Positions 9,861 to 20,151 of a stretch of 64,000 nt of DNA are shown piece by piece. A program made the translations under genes and the position numbers. Numbering within the stretch: the first letter of the stretch is position 1; every line of letters starts with the position of its first letter. This DNA is from a virus (lineage: Duplodnaviria > Caudoviricetes): IMG/VR virus record IMGVR_UViG_3300032254_000004, positions 508 through 64,507 of that record, one strand, 5' to 3'. The notes under the pieces are model-generated. The model saw only the letters and a program-made list of their open reading frames with translations, did no database searches and was not told the origin of the DNA.

Positions 9861-9891
9861 TGTTGATTAATTCTAAAAGGTCCTCTATAAT
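9861..9891 (+). promoter_or_regulatory. late promoter of capsid operon
   Basis: TGTTGAT-N12-GTCCT-C-TATAAT. Confidence 0.7.
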
Positions 9892-9915
9892 TAAAAGGTA
9901 CGACAAGGGCATAAA

Positions 9916-11451
9916 ATGAGTTACCATAATTTAACAGTTCAAGTTGATTCTAGCCTATCCGAAACAAAAACGTTTATGGATAAAGATTATCTTGTAGTGC
10001 CTGTTATTGCGATGGTAGAAGGTGTTCGCTTTGGAGCTAACCAATCAGATGCGGAACTCGGACTTGCAAAAGATTTTGGTAAGTACCCTACCTCATGGAA
10101 TAATATTCCTTTGGTTGTTAATCACCCTAAGATTGATGATTCCTTTGTATCTGCCAGCTCAGTTGAAGTTCGAGAAGAATTTTCTTTCGGATTTACAAAT
10201 GCTGCTAAAATCGAAGACAAAAAGCTTAAACTTGAAGCTTGGATAGATACTTCTCGTGGAGATGATATTGATGAAGTACAAGAGTTCATTGATTTAATTG
10301 AAGCTGATGAAGTCATCGAAGTTTCAGTAGGCTTCTTTGCAGATGTAGAATCAAAAGAAGGATCTTTCAAAGGTCAATCCTATTCAGGTATTTGGCGTAA
10401 CATCGTACCTGATCATTTAGCACTCCTAACAGATGAAGTAGGCGCTTGTTCAATTGAAGACGGCTGCGGGGTGCCTCGATTAAACAAAGGACAAGATATG
10501 TCTTTAAAAACAGATAATGCCAAATCCAAGGAAGCTTGTCCTTGCGGGAACTCAGAATCCGCGTGTTCCTGTTCTACAACTACCGTTAACTCTAGCCCCG
10601 CCAATACGGATCCAAATACTGTACAGGTAATTACCGTTGGGGCTGTATCAGGTAAAATTACAAGTAATAGTGTTTCTCGACTTTTATCACAAGCCCTTCT
10701 AAAACATTTCAAAGAAGATGATTATGTTGATTGTTGGGTAGTTTCATATACAGCTGGAGAAGAAAGTACTGTTGTCTTCACTAGCTGGGTGAGCGGTCAC
10801 GGTTACGTGACTAAAGGCGTCAAATTTAATATTGACGATGAAGGAATTGTTACATTTGAAGGTGATCCTTTTGATGTAAGAATTGTTGAAATGGTCATTG
10901 CTGAATTTGATGATGATGGATCGGACGAACAGGAGAACAGCATGTCCAATCAAAATGGAAAGACTCAGGATAATGGTACTCCTGAGAAGTCTGACACTTC
11001 CCCAGTAAGTGTTACAATTAATACTACGCAGCCAGAAGTAGTAACATCAGCTACTGAACTTGGTACTAATGAACCTGCAGTGCAGGCAGAAGCACCAAAG
11101 GTTCTTTCTCGTGAAGAAGCTATTGCTTCAATGACACCAGAAGATCAGCAGCTGATTAATGATGCTCTTGCAGTACAGTCAGCACAGAAGGAAGAAGCTA
11201 TCAAAACGCTTAAAGCAACTAACCGCTGTAAGTTCGATGATACTTTCCTTCAGGCACAATCGCTTACAACGCTTAACAATCTTGTAGAATTAGCTGCTGC
11301 TGAATCTACAATTGAAGTTCAGGCTGAAGGAAATGATTATAGTGGCCGTGCTGCTCCTGTAAATCCTGCCAAAGCTCCAACTACTCAATCAAGCGGTATT
11401 GTACCAGCACCTAAAGTGTTTGAAATTAAAAAGTCAGGTACAGCTGCTTAA
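9916..11451 (+). CDS. head maturation protease/scaffold (DUF2213-like)
   Basis: PLVVNHP, EVSVG, PDHLALL..G.CS..DGCG motifs; low-complexity scaffold-like C-terminus. Confidence 0.85.
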   Translation: MSYHNLTVQVDSSLSETKTFMDKDYLVVPVIAMVEGVRFGANQSDAELGLAKDFGKYPTSWNNIPLVVNHPKIDDSFVSASSVEVREEFSFGFTNAAKIEDKKLKLEAWIDTSRGDDIDEVQEFIDLIEADEVIEVSVGFFADVESKEGSFKGQSYSGIWRNIVPDHLALLTDEVGACSIEDGCGVPRLNKGQDMSLKTDNAKSKEACPCGNSESACSCSTTTVNSSPANTDPNTVQVITVGAVSGKITSNSVSRLLSQALLKHFKEDDYVDCWVVSYTAGEESTVVFTSWVSGHGYVTKGVKFNIDDEGIVTFEGDPFDVRIVEMVIAEFDDDGSDEQENSMSNQNGKTQDNGTPEKSDTSPVSVTINTTQPEVVTSATELGTNEPAVQAEAPKVLSREEAIASMTPEDQQLINDALAVQSAQKEEAIKTLKATNRCKFDDTFLQAQSLTTLNNLVELAAAESTIEVQAEGNDYSGRAAPVNPAKAPTTQSSGIVPAPKVFEIKKSGTAA

Positions 11452-11480
11452 TTCGTAATTGATGAAAGGAATGATTAGCA

Positions 11481-11918
11481 ATGGCTAATACAATTCAACT
11501 TAAGGGAGCCCCTATCCGTAAGGAAGGCGTCGCTTCAGAAGCTATGAGCCCAGGGCATTTCGTAGTTTCAACACCTACTACAACCAAAGGTACTGGTAGT
11601 CTTGCATTTCCAGCTGCTCTTGGTGATGTAGCTCAAGGTGTTGTTTATGAAGATGAAATCGAAGGCAAGGGTATTACTGATGCTTATGCAGTGAACGACA
11701 ATGTTCTTTATGGTGTATATTCCAAAGGCTCCGAGGTTCTTGGACGTCTCCCAGCAGGTGCTGCCGCAGTAGCTGTAGGAACTCCACTTGCCGTAAATAC
11801 TGATGGTACGCTTGCGCCAGCTACTATTGGTACACATTATGTGGCGTGTACTGCAATTGAAGCAGTTGATAACTCGGGTGGTGGCACAGAAGTCTTCATT
11901 CAAGTTGAAATTGCTTAA
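11481..11918 (+). CDS. capsid decoration/cement protein
   Basis: Ala/Gly-rich 145 aa between scaffold and major capsid genes. Confidence 0.7.
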   Translation: MANTIQLKGAPIRKEGVASEAMSPGHFVVSTPTTTKGTGSLAFPAALGDVAQGVVYEDEIEGKGITDAYAVNDNVLYGVYSKGSEVLGRLPAGAAAVAVGTPLAVNTDGTLAPATIGTHYVACTAIEAVDNSGGGTEVFIQVEIA

Positions 11919-11936
11919 TTGAAAGGAACTACGAAA

Positions 11937-12947
11937 ATGGAAACTGGCGCAGAAATTGATGTCGTCCACTCAGGAGGTGCAGTTTCAGGAACTTTAGCTC
12001 AGCGCCTTCTTGAAACTAACTTTAGCGTAGATGCATTGCGGCCTTGTGCTGATCCCAATTCACCTCATGTGCAAGCAACTTTGCGCCGGGATGAATGGAT
12101 TCAGTATGATACTGCAATCATCGAAGTTGCCCAACAGCGTCTTGTTGGTGTACAGGATCTCATGAGTCGAGGTCTTACTTACGATCTTCCAAACGCACTT
12201 GGTAAAACAAGTATTGAATGGGAAACCGTAAGTGATATGGATGAAGCCGAAACGAGCATGGCAGGTGTAACGCGTGCTCAGAATGATCGGATTGATTTCG
12301 ATATCACAAGCATGCCTGTACCTATTGTACATAAAGAGTTCTCACTTAACATTCGAGCTCTTAATGCTTCTCGGACTACAGGTACTGCTCTTGATACTAC
12401 GCAAGCACGTTTAGCAACTCGTAAGGTAACTGAAAAGATTGAGCAGATGCTTTATCTTGGTTCTACGGTTATTGGCTCAAATAGCCCCATCTATGGTTAT
12501 ACAACAGCCCCTAATCGTAATACCGGTTCAGTTACTGCAAGCTGGGTAACTGCTACAGGTACTCAGATGCTGACTGATCTTATCGCTATGATTAATGCAG
12601 CTAATGCAGTTAATATGTATGGCCCATTCATCATGTATGTTCCGCTTGCTGTCTTTACCCATATGGGCGAAGATTTTAAAGCTGAATCTGATAAGTCAAT
12701 CATGACTCGCCTTCTTGAAACGCCAAATCTTACTGAGATTAAGTCCTCTGAAACTCTTACAGGAACAAACATCCTCTTAGTTCAGATGACCAGTGATGTT
12801 ATTGACATTATTGATGGCATTCAGCCTACTGCAGTTCAGTGGGAAACTGAGGGTGGTTTTGTGCAGAATTTCAAAGTGATGGCTATTATGCCTCCACGAG
12901 TGAAATCAACGTACACTACTCAGTCAGGTATTGTACACTATTCATAA
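11937..12947 (+). CDS. major capsid protein (HK97 fold, linocin/encapsulin-like family)
   Basis: TLRRDEW..YD.AI, GVQDL, PIVHKEF motifs; GAAAGGA RBS supports ATG 11937. Confidence 0.9.
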   Translation: METGAEIDVVHSGGAVSGTLAQRLLETNFSVDALRPCADPNSPHVQATLRRDEWIQYDTAIIEVAQQRLVGVQDLMSRGLTYDLPNALGKTSIEWETVSDMDEAETSMAGVTRAQNDRIDFDITSMPVPIVHKEFSLNIRALNASRTTGTALDTTQARLATRKVTEKIEQMLYLGSTVIGSNSPIYGYTTAPNRNTGSVTASWVTATGTQMLTDLIAMINAANAVNMYGPFIMYVPLAVFTHMGEDFKAESDKSIMTRLLETPNLTEIKSSETLTGTNILLVQMTSDVIDIIDGIQPTAVQWETEGGFVQNFKVMAIMPPRVKSTYTTQSGIVHYS

Positions 12948-12961
12948 GTAAATTTGTTAGA

Positions 12962-12977
12962 GGGGTCGAAAGGCCCC
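12962..12977 (+). terminator. GC-rich GAAA-tetraloop hairpin after capsid gene
   Basis: GGGGTC-GAAA-GGCCCC; no clear U-tract. Confidence 0.45.
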
Positions 12978-12997
12978 GATAACATTTGGAGGTTAAA

Positions 12998-13273
12998 ATG
13001 TCAAAATATATTCTAGTAAAAGGTGTCTTTCGAGACAAAAAAGGGGAACTGGTTCCTCACGGTACTGCCGTAGAATTGAATGCTGATCAAGCATCTGCTT
13101 TTTCTGATATGTTTCAACCCGCAGCAGTCTATGAGGCAAATTTAAAAGCTCAGCAAGCTGTTCTTGAAGCTGCAGAAGTTGTTGAAACTGAATCAAAGCC
13201 AGAAGCGGAAACTGATAAAGATAAAGATCCTGCTCCCGCGGCTGATAAGCCAAAAGCACCAGTCGCTAAATAA
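12998..13273 (+). CDS. hypothetical virion-associated protein
   Basis: GGAGG RBS before ATG 12998. Confidence 0.7.
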   Translation: MSKYILVKGVFRDKKGELVPHGTAVELNADQASAFSDMFQPAAVYEANLKAQQAVLEAAEVVETESKPEAETDKDKDPAPAADKPKAPVAK

Positions 13274-13300
13274 GATCAGAACTAAGTAGGTATTAGAATT

Positions 13301-13675
13301 ATGGCCGTAACACCAGAAGAAGTGAAAGGCATATATCTAGAGGTTTCAAACCTCACGGATGCGCAAATTCAACCCTTCATTGATGTTACTGACGCCGTAA
13401 GTGCTAAATTTTTAGTTTCTAGTACCTACTCACCTGATCTCATTAAATCGATAGAACTATACCTGACTGCTCACTACTTATCTGTCTCGATGGAAAAAGG
13501 CGGACTTGAAAGAAAGAAGACTGGTGATTCCGAAGAGCGTTATCGTTCTCTTTCTACTGAGCAATCTGGTATAGCCCTGTCTGTATATGGACAACAAGCT
13601 TTAGCATTAGACTATGATGGAGAACTTGCTTCTCTAGCTTCTTCTGAACTATCTGCTCAATTCAGGGTTGTGTAA
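13301..13675 (+). CDS. head-tail adaptor
   Basis: synteny; LYLTAHYL and YGQQAL motifs. Confidence 0.7.
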   Translation: MAVTPEEVKGIYLEVSNLTDAQIQPFIDVTDAVSAKFLVSSTYSPDLIKSIELYLTAHYLSVSMEKGGLERKKTGDSEERYRSLSTEQSGIALSVYGQQALALDYDGELASLASSELSAQFRVV

Positions 13676-13679
13676 TGTA

Positions 13680-14006
13680 ATGTTAACTACGGATTATAAA
13701 CAAGAAATGACCTACTGGGGAAATCCAGTAACTACTTCTGTAGGAGGTATTTCTTTTGATGCTCCAGTAGCTTTAAAAGTACGTTGGGAAGAGCGTGCCG
13801 AACGTTTTTTAGATACCAACGGAGAAGAAGTGGTATCTAGAGCAGTTATTTGGGTTAAGGAAGATGTTGATATTGGAGGATATGTTTATTTAGGCAGCTC
13901 AATATTAACTGATCCTACCGATTTAGATGATGCATATCCAATTAGGCAATTCTTTAAAATTCCTGACCTAAGAAATTTATTTAATGAGAGGAGAATTTTT
14001 CTTTAA
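13680..14006 (+). CDS. head closure/stopper protein
   Basis: synteny; beta-rich ~108 aa. Confidence 0.65.
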   Translation: MLTTDYKQEMTYWGNPVTTSVGGISFDAPVALKVRWEERAERFLDTNGEEVVSRAVIWVKEDVDIGGYVYLGSSILTDPTDLDDAYPIRQFFKIPDLRNLFNERRIFL

Positions 14007-14459
14007 ATGACCAGGTTTCGCCCTAGAGTCGGACGTCAAGTAGTACGGAAAAGTGTATCTGAACCTACTAAAGCCGATACTTTTGCAGCTAGGGAATCTA
14101 TGAAAAGAATCATCAGTAATTATGAGGACTTCATAAAACATGTTGAAAAAACCACCCCAGAAATCTTAGTTGAAGCATTAAGACCAACCTTTAAAACAGC
14201 TAAGAAGTATACTCCTAAAGATACTGGAGTTTTAGTGAATTCAGGTTATTTAGAGATTATTTCATTTAGAGGAAAACCTACAGTAGAGATTGGTTTTGGT
14301 AAAGGCGGAAAACCTGATTATGCAGCTACTGTTCATGAGAATTTAGAATTTAAGCATAAAGCGCCTACTAGAGCTAAGTTTCTACAATATGCTTTAAATG
14401 AGCATCAAGGCCAAGTCGAAAAAGATATAGTCAAGCAACTAAAGGCAATTGTTGAATAA
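14007..14459 (+). CDS. HK97 gp10-like tail completion protein
   Basis: TPKDTGVLVNS, YAATVHE, AKFLQ.AL motifs. Confidence 0.75.
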   Translation: MTRFRPRVGRQVVRKSVSEPTKADTFAARESMKRIISNYEDFIKHVEKTTPEILVEALRPTFKTAKKYTPKDTGVLVNSGYLEIISFRGKPTVEIGFGKGGKPDYAATVHENLEFKHKAPTRAKFLQYALNEHQGQVEKDIVKQLKAIVE

Positions 14460-14890
14460 TGCAAATGTTACCTTCAGAAGGTTTAAAATTACTGTTAGTT
14501 GCTGCAGGATTTCCCGATGGCGGAGCAACAGACTGGGCTACTTATTTAGGAAGGCGCCCAGATAAACCAAATAGGATTGTTACTTTATATGATAGTGGGG
14601 GAGGAACCCCTAATCCTAAATGGTTAATAGATGAACCTAGTGTTCAAATTAAGGTAAGAGGTAAATCAGGAGATTATTATCCTGCATTTGAAAAAGCACA
14701 AGAAATAAAAAGAATACTACTAGGTGCTCCAAGTCAAGATATTGGAGGAGATCGTTGGGTTAATTTTAATATGGCAGGAGATATTGGTTATCTTGGCCTA
14801 GACAATAAAGATCAGCCTGACTTCGTTTTAAACTTTAACCTAATTATAGAACCCGCCGCTCAAGTCGGTGATCACAGAGCACCCCTATAA
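14459..14890 (+). CDS. tail terminator protein
   Basis: synteny; P.VQIKVRG motif. Confidence 0.75.
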   Translation: MQMLPSEGLKLLLVAAGFPDGGATDWATYLGRRPDKPNRIVTLYDSGGGTPNPKWLIDEPSVQIKVRGKSGDYYPAFEKAQEIKRILLGAPSQDIGGDRWVNFNMAGDIGYLGLDNKDQPDFVLNFNLIIEPAAQVGDHRAPL

Positions 14891-14902
14891 GGAGCTAATT
14901 CC

Positions 14903-15943
14903 ATGGCCGCTAAAAGTATTAAGTTATCTGATGATAATGTCACATTTTATACTCTCCCAGGTAGCTCTGGGGAAATTGCTAACGAAGCTGGTCTTTTACC
15001 AGATACTGTTTTTGGTCAAAATTTCGAATCTAACTTCCCAGGTTTGATTGATTGGACAATTAGTGCAGATGCTATTTTTAAAGGTTTTGCAGGTTATGTA
15101 GTAGGTTTAAAAATTACGGGTACTCCTACAGGAATGACGGCTGAAGCATGTTCATTAGTTTCCGGTAAAACTTACGAAATAACGGATACTACTAAACGTA
15201 TCTTGAATCGCAGTTCATCTCCTGCTTTGGATATTCTTGATAATGGAGTTTCGGTAGCTGCTGCGAATATTGAATCAATTGATTATCTATTCGGTCAAGT
15301 TACTTTTGTAGCAGGTTATACCCCCACTACTCCTATTACAATGACTGGGGAATATTTACCTGCTACAGAAATTGCCGGCGCAAAGACATTTACTCTTACT
15401 CAGACAGCTAATCCAATTGATGAAAGCACTATTCCTATTGTAAAGGCTAATGACGGGCGTCGTGTTTATTCTTACGGACTTAAAACTGTATCATTGGATA
15501 TCTCAGGAGTATATGCTTCTTCTAATGGTTTCCTAGCTAATCTGTTATCTCGGAATGAATTTATTCTTGAAATTAATCCTGATAATAGTGACTTGGCAGT
15601 TGCTCGTGGATTCTTCCGATTTACGACGCAAGGCCAATCAGGTAATGTGGGTGAACTTGAAGAAGAAACTTTGGCATTTACTCTTTCAGTTCCTGATGAT
15701 GATAAGGCAGCAGCTCCTTTCTCTTGGAACATTGAAGGAGCATCTACCATCTCACCAGCTATCGCAATTGCAATTGCTTCTTGGCAAGATGGTACTCCAA
15801 TATATGTACAGTATCTTCCAGATGGTCTTACTGGAGTTACCGGCGATGTAATTATTACTGATTTAAGTCTTGCCGGTGGACTTGAATCTATGAATACCTT
15901 TACAGTTAATATGCAAGGCTCGGATGCCCTCACTACTGTATAA
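14903..15943 (+). CDS. major tail tube protein
   Basis: two GL..W/V.(I/L)S/D-type tube-domain motifs; synteny. Confidence 0.85.
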   Translation: MAAKSIKLSDDNVTFYTLPGSSGEIANEAGLLPDTVFGQNFESNFPGLIDWTISADAIFKGFAGYVVGLKITGTPTGMTAEACSLVSGKTYEITDTTKRILNRSSSPALDILDNGVSVAAANIESIDYLFGQVTFVAGYTPTTPITMTGEYLPATEIAGAKTFTLTQTANPIDESTIPIVKANDGRRVYSYGLKTVSLDISGVYASSNGFLANLLSRNEFILEINPDNSDLAVARGFFRFTTQGQSGNVGELEEETLAFTLSVPDDDKAAAPFSWNIEGASTISPAIAIAIASWQDGTPIYVQYLPDGLTGVTGDVIITDLSLAGGLESMNTFTVNMQGSDALTTV

Positions 15944-15970
15944 GGTTTATAATTGACATAGGAGGTAATT

Positions 15971-16348
15971 ATGTCAAACGAAGTCAATAATACAGAACTT
16001 GCTAAAGAAAAAGTACCCAGCCGCGATGATATTCGGGCTGCTATCTTTTCTTCAGATTCGAAAAAACCCCAAGTATTCTCTTTAACATTTTTCGGTCAAA
16101 AGCTTGAATTACGTCAGCCATCTGTTGACAACATTATCAAGTTAAGCGATGAAAGCAGTAATACCACAAATAATGTAGTAGATATTTTAATTGAATATGC
16201 ATTTATTCCAGGTACTACAGAAAAAGTATTTGAGAAAACTGATGCAGATGCAATTAAATCACTTCCTTTTAATAAGGACTTTTCTGCAGTCATTGCAGGA
16301 TTCAAAGAACTTACGGATATTAACTTGGAGGAAGAAGCAAAAAACTAA
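15971..16348 (+). CDS. tail assembly chaperone (gpG-like)
   Basis: between tube and tape measure; ends in slippery A AAA AAC. Confidence 0.85.
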   Translation: MSNEVNNTELAKEKVPSRDDIRAAIFSSDSKKPQVFSLTFFGQKLELRQPSVDNIIKLSDESSNTTNNVVDILIEYAFIPGTTEKVFEKTDADAIKSLPFNKDFSAVIAGFKELTDINLEEEAKN

Positions 16349-16524
16349 GATCTTCCCCTCTTATGTATAGTGTTATGACTATTGCATTTGAGTTGGGAAG
16401 GCCCCTCGAAGAAGTCTTAGGCTATCCAATCCAACATATCCGATATTGGCTCGCTTTCTTTAAAGTTAGGCAAGAGAAGATAAAAGCCGCAGAGACTAAG
16501 AATAAACCTAGAGTCAGGAAATGA
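16339..16524 (+). CDS. -1 frameshift extension of tail chaperone (gpGT-like)
   Basis: heptamer A AAA AAC 16339-16345; the -1 frame is open to TGA 16524 (KLRSSPLMYSVMTIAFELGRPLEEVLGYPIQHIRYWLAFFKVRQE...). Confidence 0.8.
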   Translation, partial: KKLRSSPLMYSVMTIAFELGRPLEEVLGYPIQHIRYWLAFFKVRQEKIKAAETKNKPRVRK

Positions 16525-16535
16525 ACGGATAAGTA

Positions 16536-19505
16536 ATGGCTATTAATTTAGGCGATGTAAATTTCCGATTAGGTGCTGACGCAAGAAGTTTGGGTAAGAG
16601 CGTAAAAATTCTGAAAGACTTCGGTAAAGAAGTTGATCGCGCAACTAACCTAACTTCTAAGGGTGCTGCTACAGTAGCAAGCGCATTTCGCAGGCAGGAA
16701 AAAGCTGCAGCAGATGCCTTGCGTACTGTAGTAAATATGAATCAACGTTTTCGTAATTCTGACTTCGGTGCTAAATTAGTCCGTCAGTCAAATAAAGCAT
16801 TCAGAGATTACAATGCTACATTGACATCAGGACAATTAACAACTGTTGATTTCCAAAGAGCTCAAGTACAATTCCGGAATTCACTAGCTTCCACATCTCG
16901 GGAGTTTCGTAAGCTAAAAGAAGAAGCTAAGGGTGCTCAAAATCCTACTTCTAAGCTTACGACTATTCTTAGAGATATGGCATCTACTTCAGTACTTATT
17001 TCAGGTCCTTTAGGAGGTGTGGCAGCTCGCCTAACTACTTTGGCTAATGTATCGAGATCTGGAGGGGCTGCCGTAGCTGCCTTATTAGCAGGGGTAGCTG
17101 GTGGTGCTTTCATCTTCCAAAAATTCGGTTCTGCAATAGTTCAAACAGGTCAACAGTTTATTTCCTTTGAACAGCAGCTTTTATCTATCTCAGGTAATTT
17201 GATTGTTGCTAAAGCATCAATGCAGGATATTATTGATATTGGTCGGGATACTGGTCAAGTAATTTCTTCTATTGTTCCTGCTTTTGCAAGGTTCTCAGCA
17301 GCTGCTAAAGGTACTTCAATTGAAGGCCAAAATTCAGCTGAAATCTTCCGCAGTGTTAGTTTAGTCATGTCAAGACTTCAGGCTCCAGCAGAACAAGTAT
17401 CTGGTGTATTTAGGGCCTTAGAACAAATTATGTCCAAAGGGCAAGTTCAAGCTGAAGAGTTAAGAGGTCAGTTAGGTGACAGACTTCCAGGTGCTATTCA
17501 GATTGCTTCAAGAGCAATGGGAGTAAGTACGGTTCGTTTAAATGAAATGCTCAAAGCAGGTGAAGTTCTTTCAGAAGAGTTTTTACCTAAATTTGCAAGA
17601 GAGCTAAGGCGTACTTTTGGTTTAGAAGGTGTTGAATCTATTGACAACTTCCAAGCTTCCATAAATAATATGCGTAATACTTTTGATCTATTATTGGTAC
17701 GTTTCAATGAAGTTTCAGGAGCTAGCTTAAAAGTCAAGATAGGTATTGATCTTATTTCTTCTGGTTTGGATTTCTTAGCTACTAACGTAGAAGTAGTCAT
17801 CGGATTAGTAGGAGCTCTTACAGGTGCTTTGATTGGATTAGCTGCTCCTGTAATCTTTACTTCTATTGGCGGATTAATCTCTTTAACTAGGACTCTTACT
17901 ACTGCAATTGCTTCCCTAAACTTCGTAATGTTACTTAATCCTGCAGGAGCTCTTGCAGCTGGATTAGGTAGGCTTGCTACAGTCATTGCAGGTGGTACTG
18001 TAGGTTACTTAGCTTTCAAAAGTGCAGTTTCTTCTTCTAATATTGCTATGGCTACAGGGGGGCAGCAAATTGATGATTTCATTTCCGACTTTGATGAATT
18101 AGGAAGAGCTTCCAAAGAATCCGCAAGAGTTCTTATTCGTAATGTGCAGAGAACAATTGAAGCTTTAAATGAACAAAAGGAAGCTATTCGAGATCAAGCA
18201 CAACCTTCATTTGCAGATAGTAACCAAATTGATTTCCTTGATGGATTACGCAGAACCTTAAATCAGCTACCTGTAATAGGGAACTTAATCACAACTGATA
18301 ATGAAGCTTGGGCAGAAGCAGTCATTATCTTTGATGATCTCAAAGGGCAAATTGACGCTAATATAGTAAGGCTCAATAGGCTGAAAGAAATTGAAGCTGG
18401 ATTAGAAGATCCTAGTCCTATCTTTGGTAAAAGCTTTATCAATGCTAAAGAAGACATTGAAGACTTGATCTTTGATTTAGAAAGCCTTAAAAGAATTGCT
18501 TCCAGCGGTCCTAATCTCAAAGATATCCTACGTGCAGAAGATCTTGAGAAAGCAAGGGAGACTGTTAAGGATCTTGGTGAGAAAGAAATTGCGGCTATTA
18601 ACAATATTTTAATCGAAGCAGGTTTCTCAGCTGGTTCCTTAGTAGGTAATCTTGGCGCTTTGATCACTACTACAAGGGAATATGAAGAAACAATTGATAA
18701 ACTTAAAGGAAGAGTTACCACTGAAAGAAAATATCAGCTTGCTTTAGATGAAACAACTCGCCGTATTGAGGCTCTAGGTGAAGGTACTAGGGCAGTTGAG
18801 CGGTTAGAGAATGCTTTAAAAATTGAAGGTACTATTCGTAGTATGCGGAAAGAGCTTGAGGATGCAGGATTCTCTTCTGATGAAGTAACTATGAAATTAA
18901 GTACCTTAAGTCTTGCTTTACAAGATCTCGATGCTGCAGAATTAGCTGCTGAAAAAGTAAATGCCTCTATGGAAGCCATCAATGAAGTAGGTGGGAATGC
19001 TGTAGATAATTTCTTCACTACCTTGATTGGCGATGCAAGACAAGGTGAATTATCGCTTGCTTCCTTAGCAGACTTTGCAGATTCTGTCGTAACTGATATC
19101 ATCAATACCTTTACTAGGTTAGCTGTTATCAACCCAATTAAAAATGCTCTCTTTGGTGGAACAACTGGAGGAGCAGGATTACCTACTATTGACTTCTCAT
19201 CCTTGTTTGCTGGGGGCTTTGCTAAAGGTGGATTTATTCCCCCTGGTAAATTCGGCCTCACAGGTGAAAATGGGCCTGAAATAGTTGAAGGTGGAAGAAC
19301 CGGACGTACTATTACTCCTATCAATGACAATAATTCCGAAGGTAACATCACAGTTAACCAGAATAACTATTTCTCAGTAGGTTTAAATGCTGAAGTTAGA
19401 TCTGAAATTGCTAAAGAATTACCTAAGGTTCAAAAAGCTGCTGAAGAAGGTGTAGCTAATAGAATAGCTAGGGGTGGTGGCTTTAATAAGAGAATGAGAG
19501 CTTAA
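16536..19505 (+). CDS. tape measure protein
   Basis: 989 aa helical; QIMSKGQVQAEELRGQLGDRLPGA motif; AKGG C-terminal motif. Confidence 0.95.
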   Translation: MAINLGDVNFRLGADARSLGKSVKILKDFGKEVDRATNLTSKGAATVASAFRRQEKAAADALRTVVNMNQRFRNSDFGAKLVRQSNKAFRDYNATLTSGQLTTVDFQRAQVQFRNSLASTSREFRKLKEEAKGAQNPTSKLTTILRDMASTSVLISGPLGGVAARLTTLANVSRSGGAAVAALLAGVAGGAFIFQKFGSAIVQTGQQFISFEQQLLSISGNLIVAKASMQDIIDIGRDTGQVISSIVPAFARFSAAAKGTSIEGQNSAEIFRSVSLVMSRLQAPAEQVSGVFRALEQIMSKGQVQAEELRGQLGDRLPGAIQIASRAMGVSTVRLNEMLKAGEVLSEEFLPKFARELRRTFGLEGVESIDNFQASINNMRNTFDLLLVRFNEVSGASLKVKIGIDLISSGLDFLATNVEVVIGLVGALTGALIGLAAPVIFTSIGGLISLTRTLTTAIASLNFVMLLNPAGALAAGLGRLATVIAGGTVGYLAFKSAVSSSNIAMATGGQQIDDFISDFDELGRASKESARVLIRNVQRTIEALNEQKEAIRDQAQPSFADSNQIDFLDGLRRTLNQLPVIGNLITTDNEAWAEAVIIFDDLKGQIDANIVRLNRLKEIEAGLEDPSPIFGKSFINAKEDIEDLIFDLESLKRIASSGPNLKDILRAEDLEKARETVKDLGEKEIAAINNILIEAGFSAGSLVGNLGALITTTREYEETIDKLKGRVTTERKYQLALDETTRRIEALGEGTRAVERLENALKIEGTIRSMRKELEDAGFSSDEVTMKLSTLSLALQDLDAAELAAEKVNASMEAINEVGGNAVDNFFTTLIGDARQGELSLASLADFADSVVTDIINTFTRLAVINPIKNALFGGTTGGAGLPTIDFSSLFAGGFAKGGFIPPGKFGLTGENGPEIVEGGRTGRTITPINDNNSEGNITVNQNNYFSVGLNAEVRSEIAKELPKVQKAAEEGVANRIARGGGFNKRMRA

Positions 19506-19506
19506 T

Positions 19507-20151
19507 ATGGCAGCTACATTTCCATTGACTCCTCCTACAGTAGGTGGCTTACAAGCAGTTGCCAATCTTAGGTTGCAAAGGCAAGTTGGTCAGACAATGA
19601 GTCCTACTGCAGGTCCTGGTCCTACTCAAGAGTGGGATGGTGCCTGGTGGGCTGCTGAACTTATTACTATCCCTATGAGGAGAATACAAGCTAACTCTTG
19701 GAATTCATTTATAGTCTCCCTCAGGGGTAAGAGTGGATACTTTCTCATAGGAGACCCTGCTTCAAATGAACCTCTAGGTAATATGACAGGTAGTCCTGTA
19801 GTAGATGGGGCGGGTCAAACTGGTGATGCTATTTCAATAAGAAATGCTCCTATTTCTTTAACAGATGCATTATTACCTGGTGATTATATTCAAGTAGAAA
19901 CTACCGCAGGTCCTAGATTGCATATGGTATCTTATCAAGGTGCTGTTAATACTGATGGTACAGGAAGAGCAGATATTCCTATTGAACCAGGCTTAAGAGA
20001 TAGTCCTGCAGATGGTTCTGCTATAACATATATTGATCCAGTTGGAATGTTTCAATTAGCTACTAATGATATCGGCTGGGATATTTCAACAGCTCTCCGT
20101 TACTCTTACACTATTCCTATTATTGAAAAAATGGTTAAGGAAACTCCCTAA
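19507..20151 (+). CDS. distal tail protein (Dit-like)
   Basis: follows tape measure; PGDYIQV and I.IEPGLR motifs. Confidence 0.7.
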   Translation: MAATFPLTPPTVGGLQAVANLRLQRQVGQTMSPTAGPGPTQEWDGAWWAAELITIPMRRIQANSWNSFIVSLRGKSGYFLIGDPASNEPLGNMTGSPVVDGAGQTGDAISIRNAPISLTDALLPGDYIQVETTAGPRLHMVSYQGAVNTDGTGRADIPIEPGLRDSPADGSAITYIDPVGMFQLATNDIGWDISTALRYSYTIPIIEKMVKETP

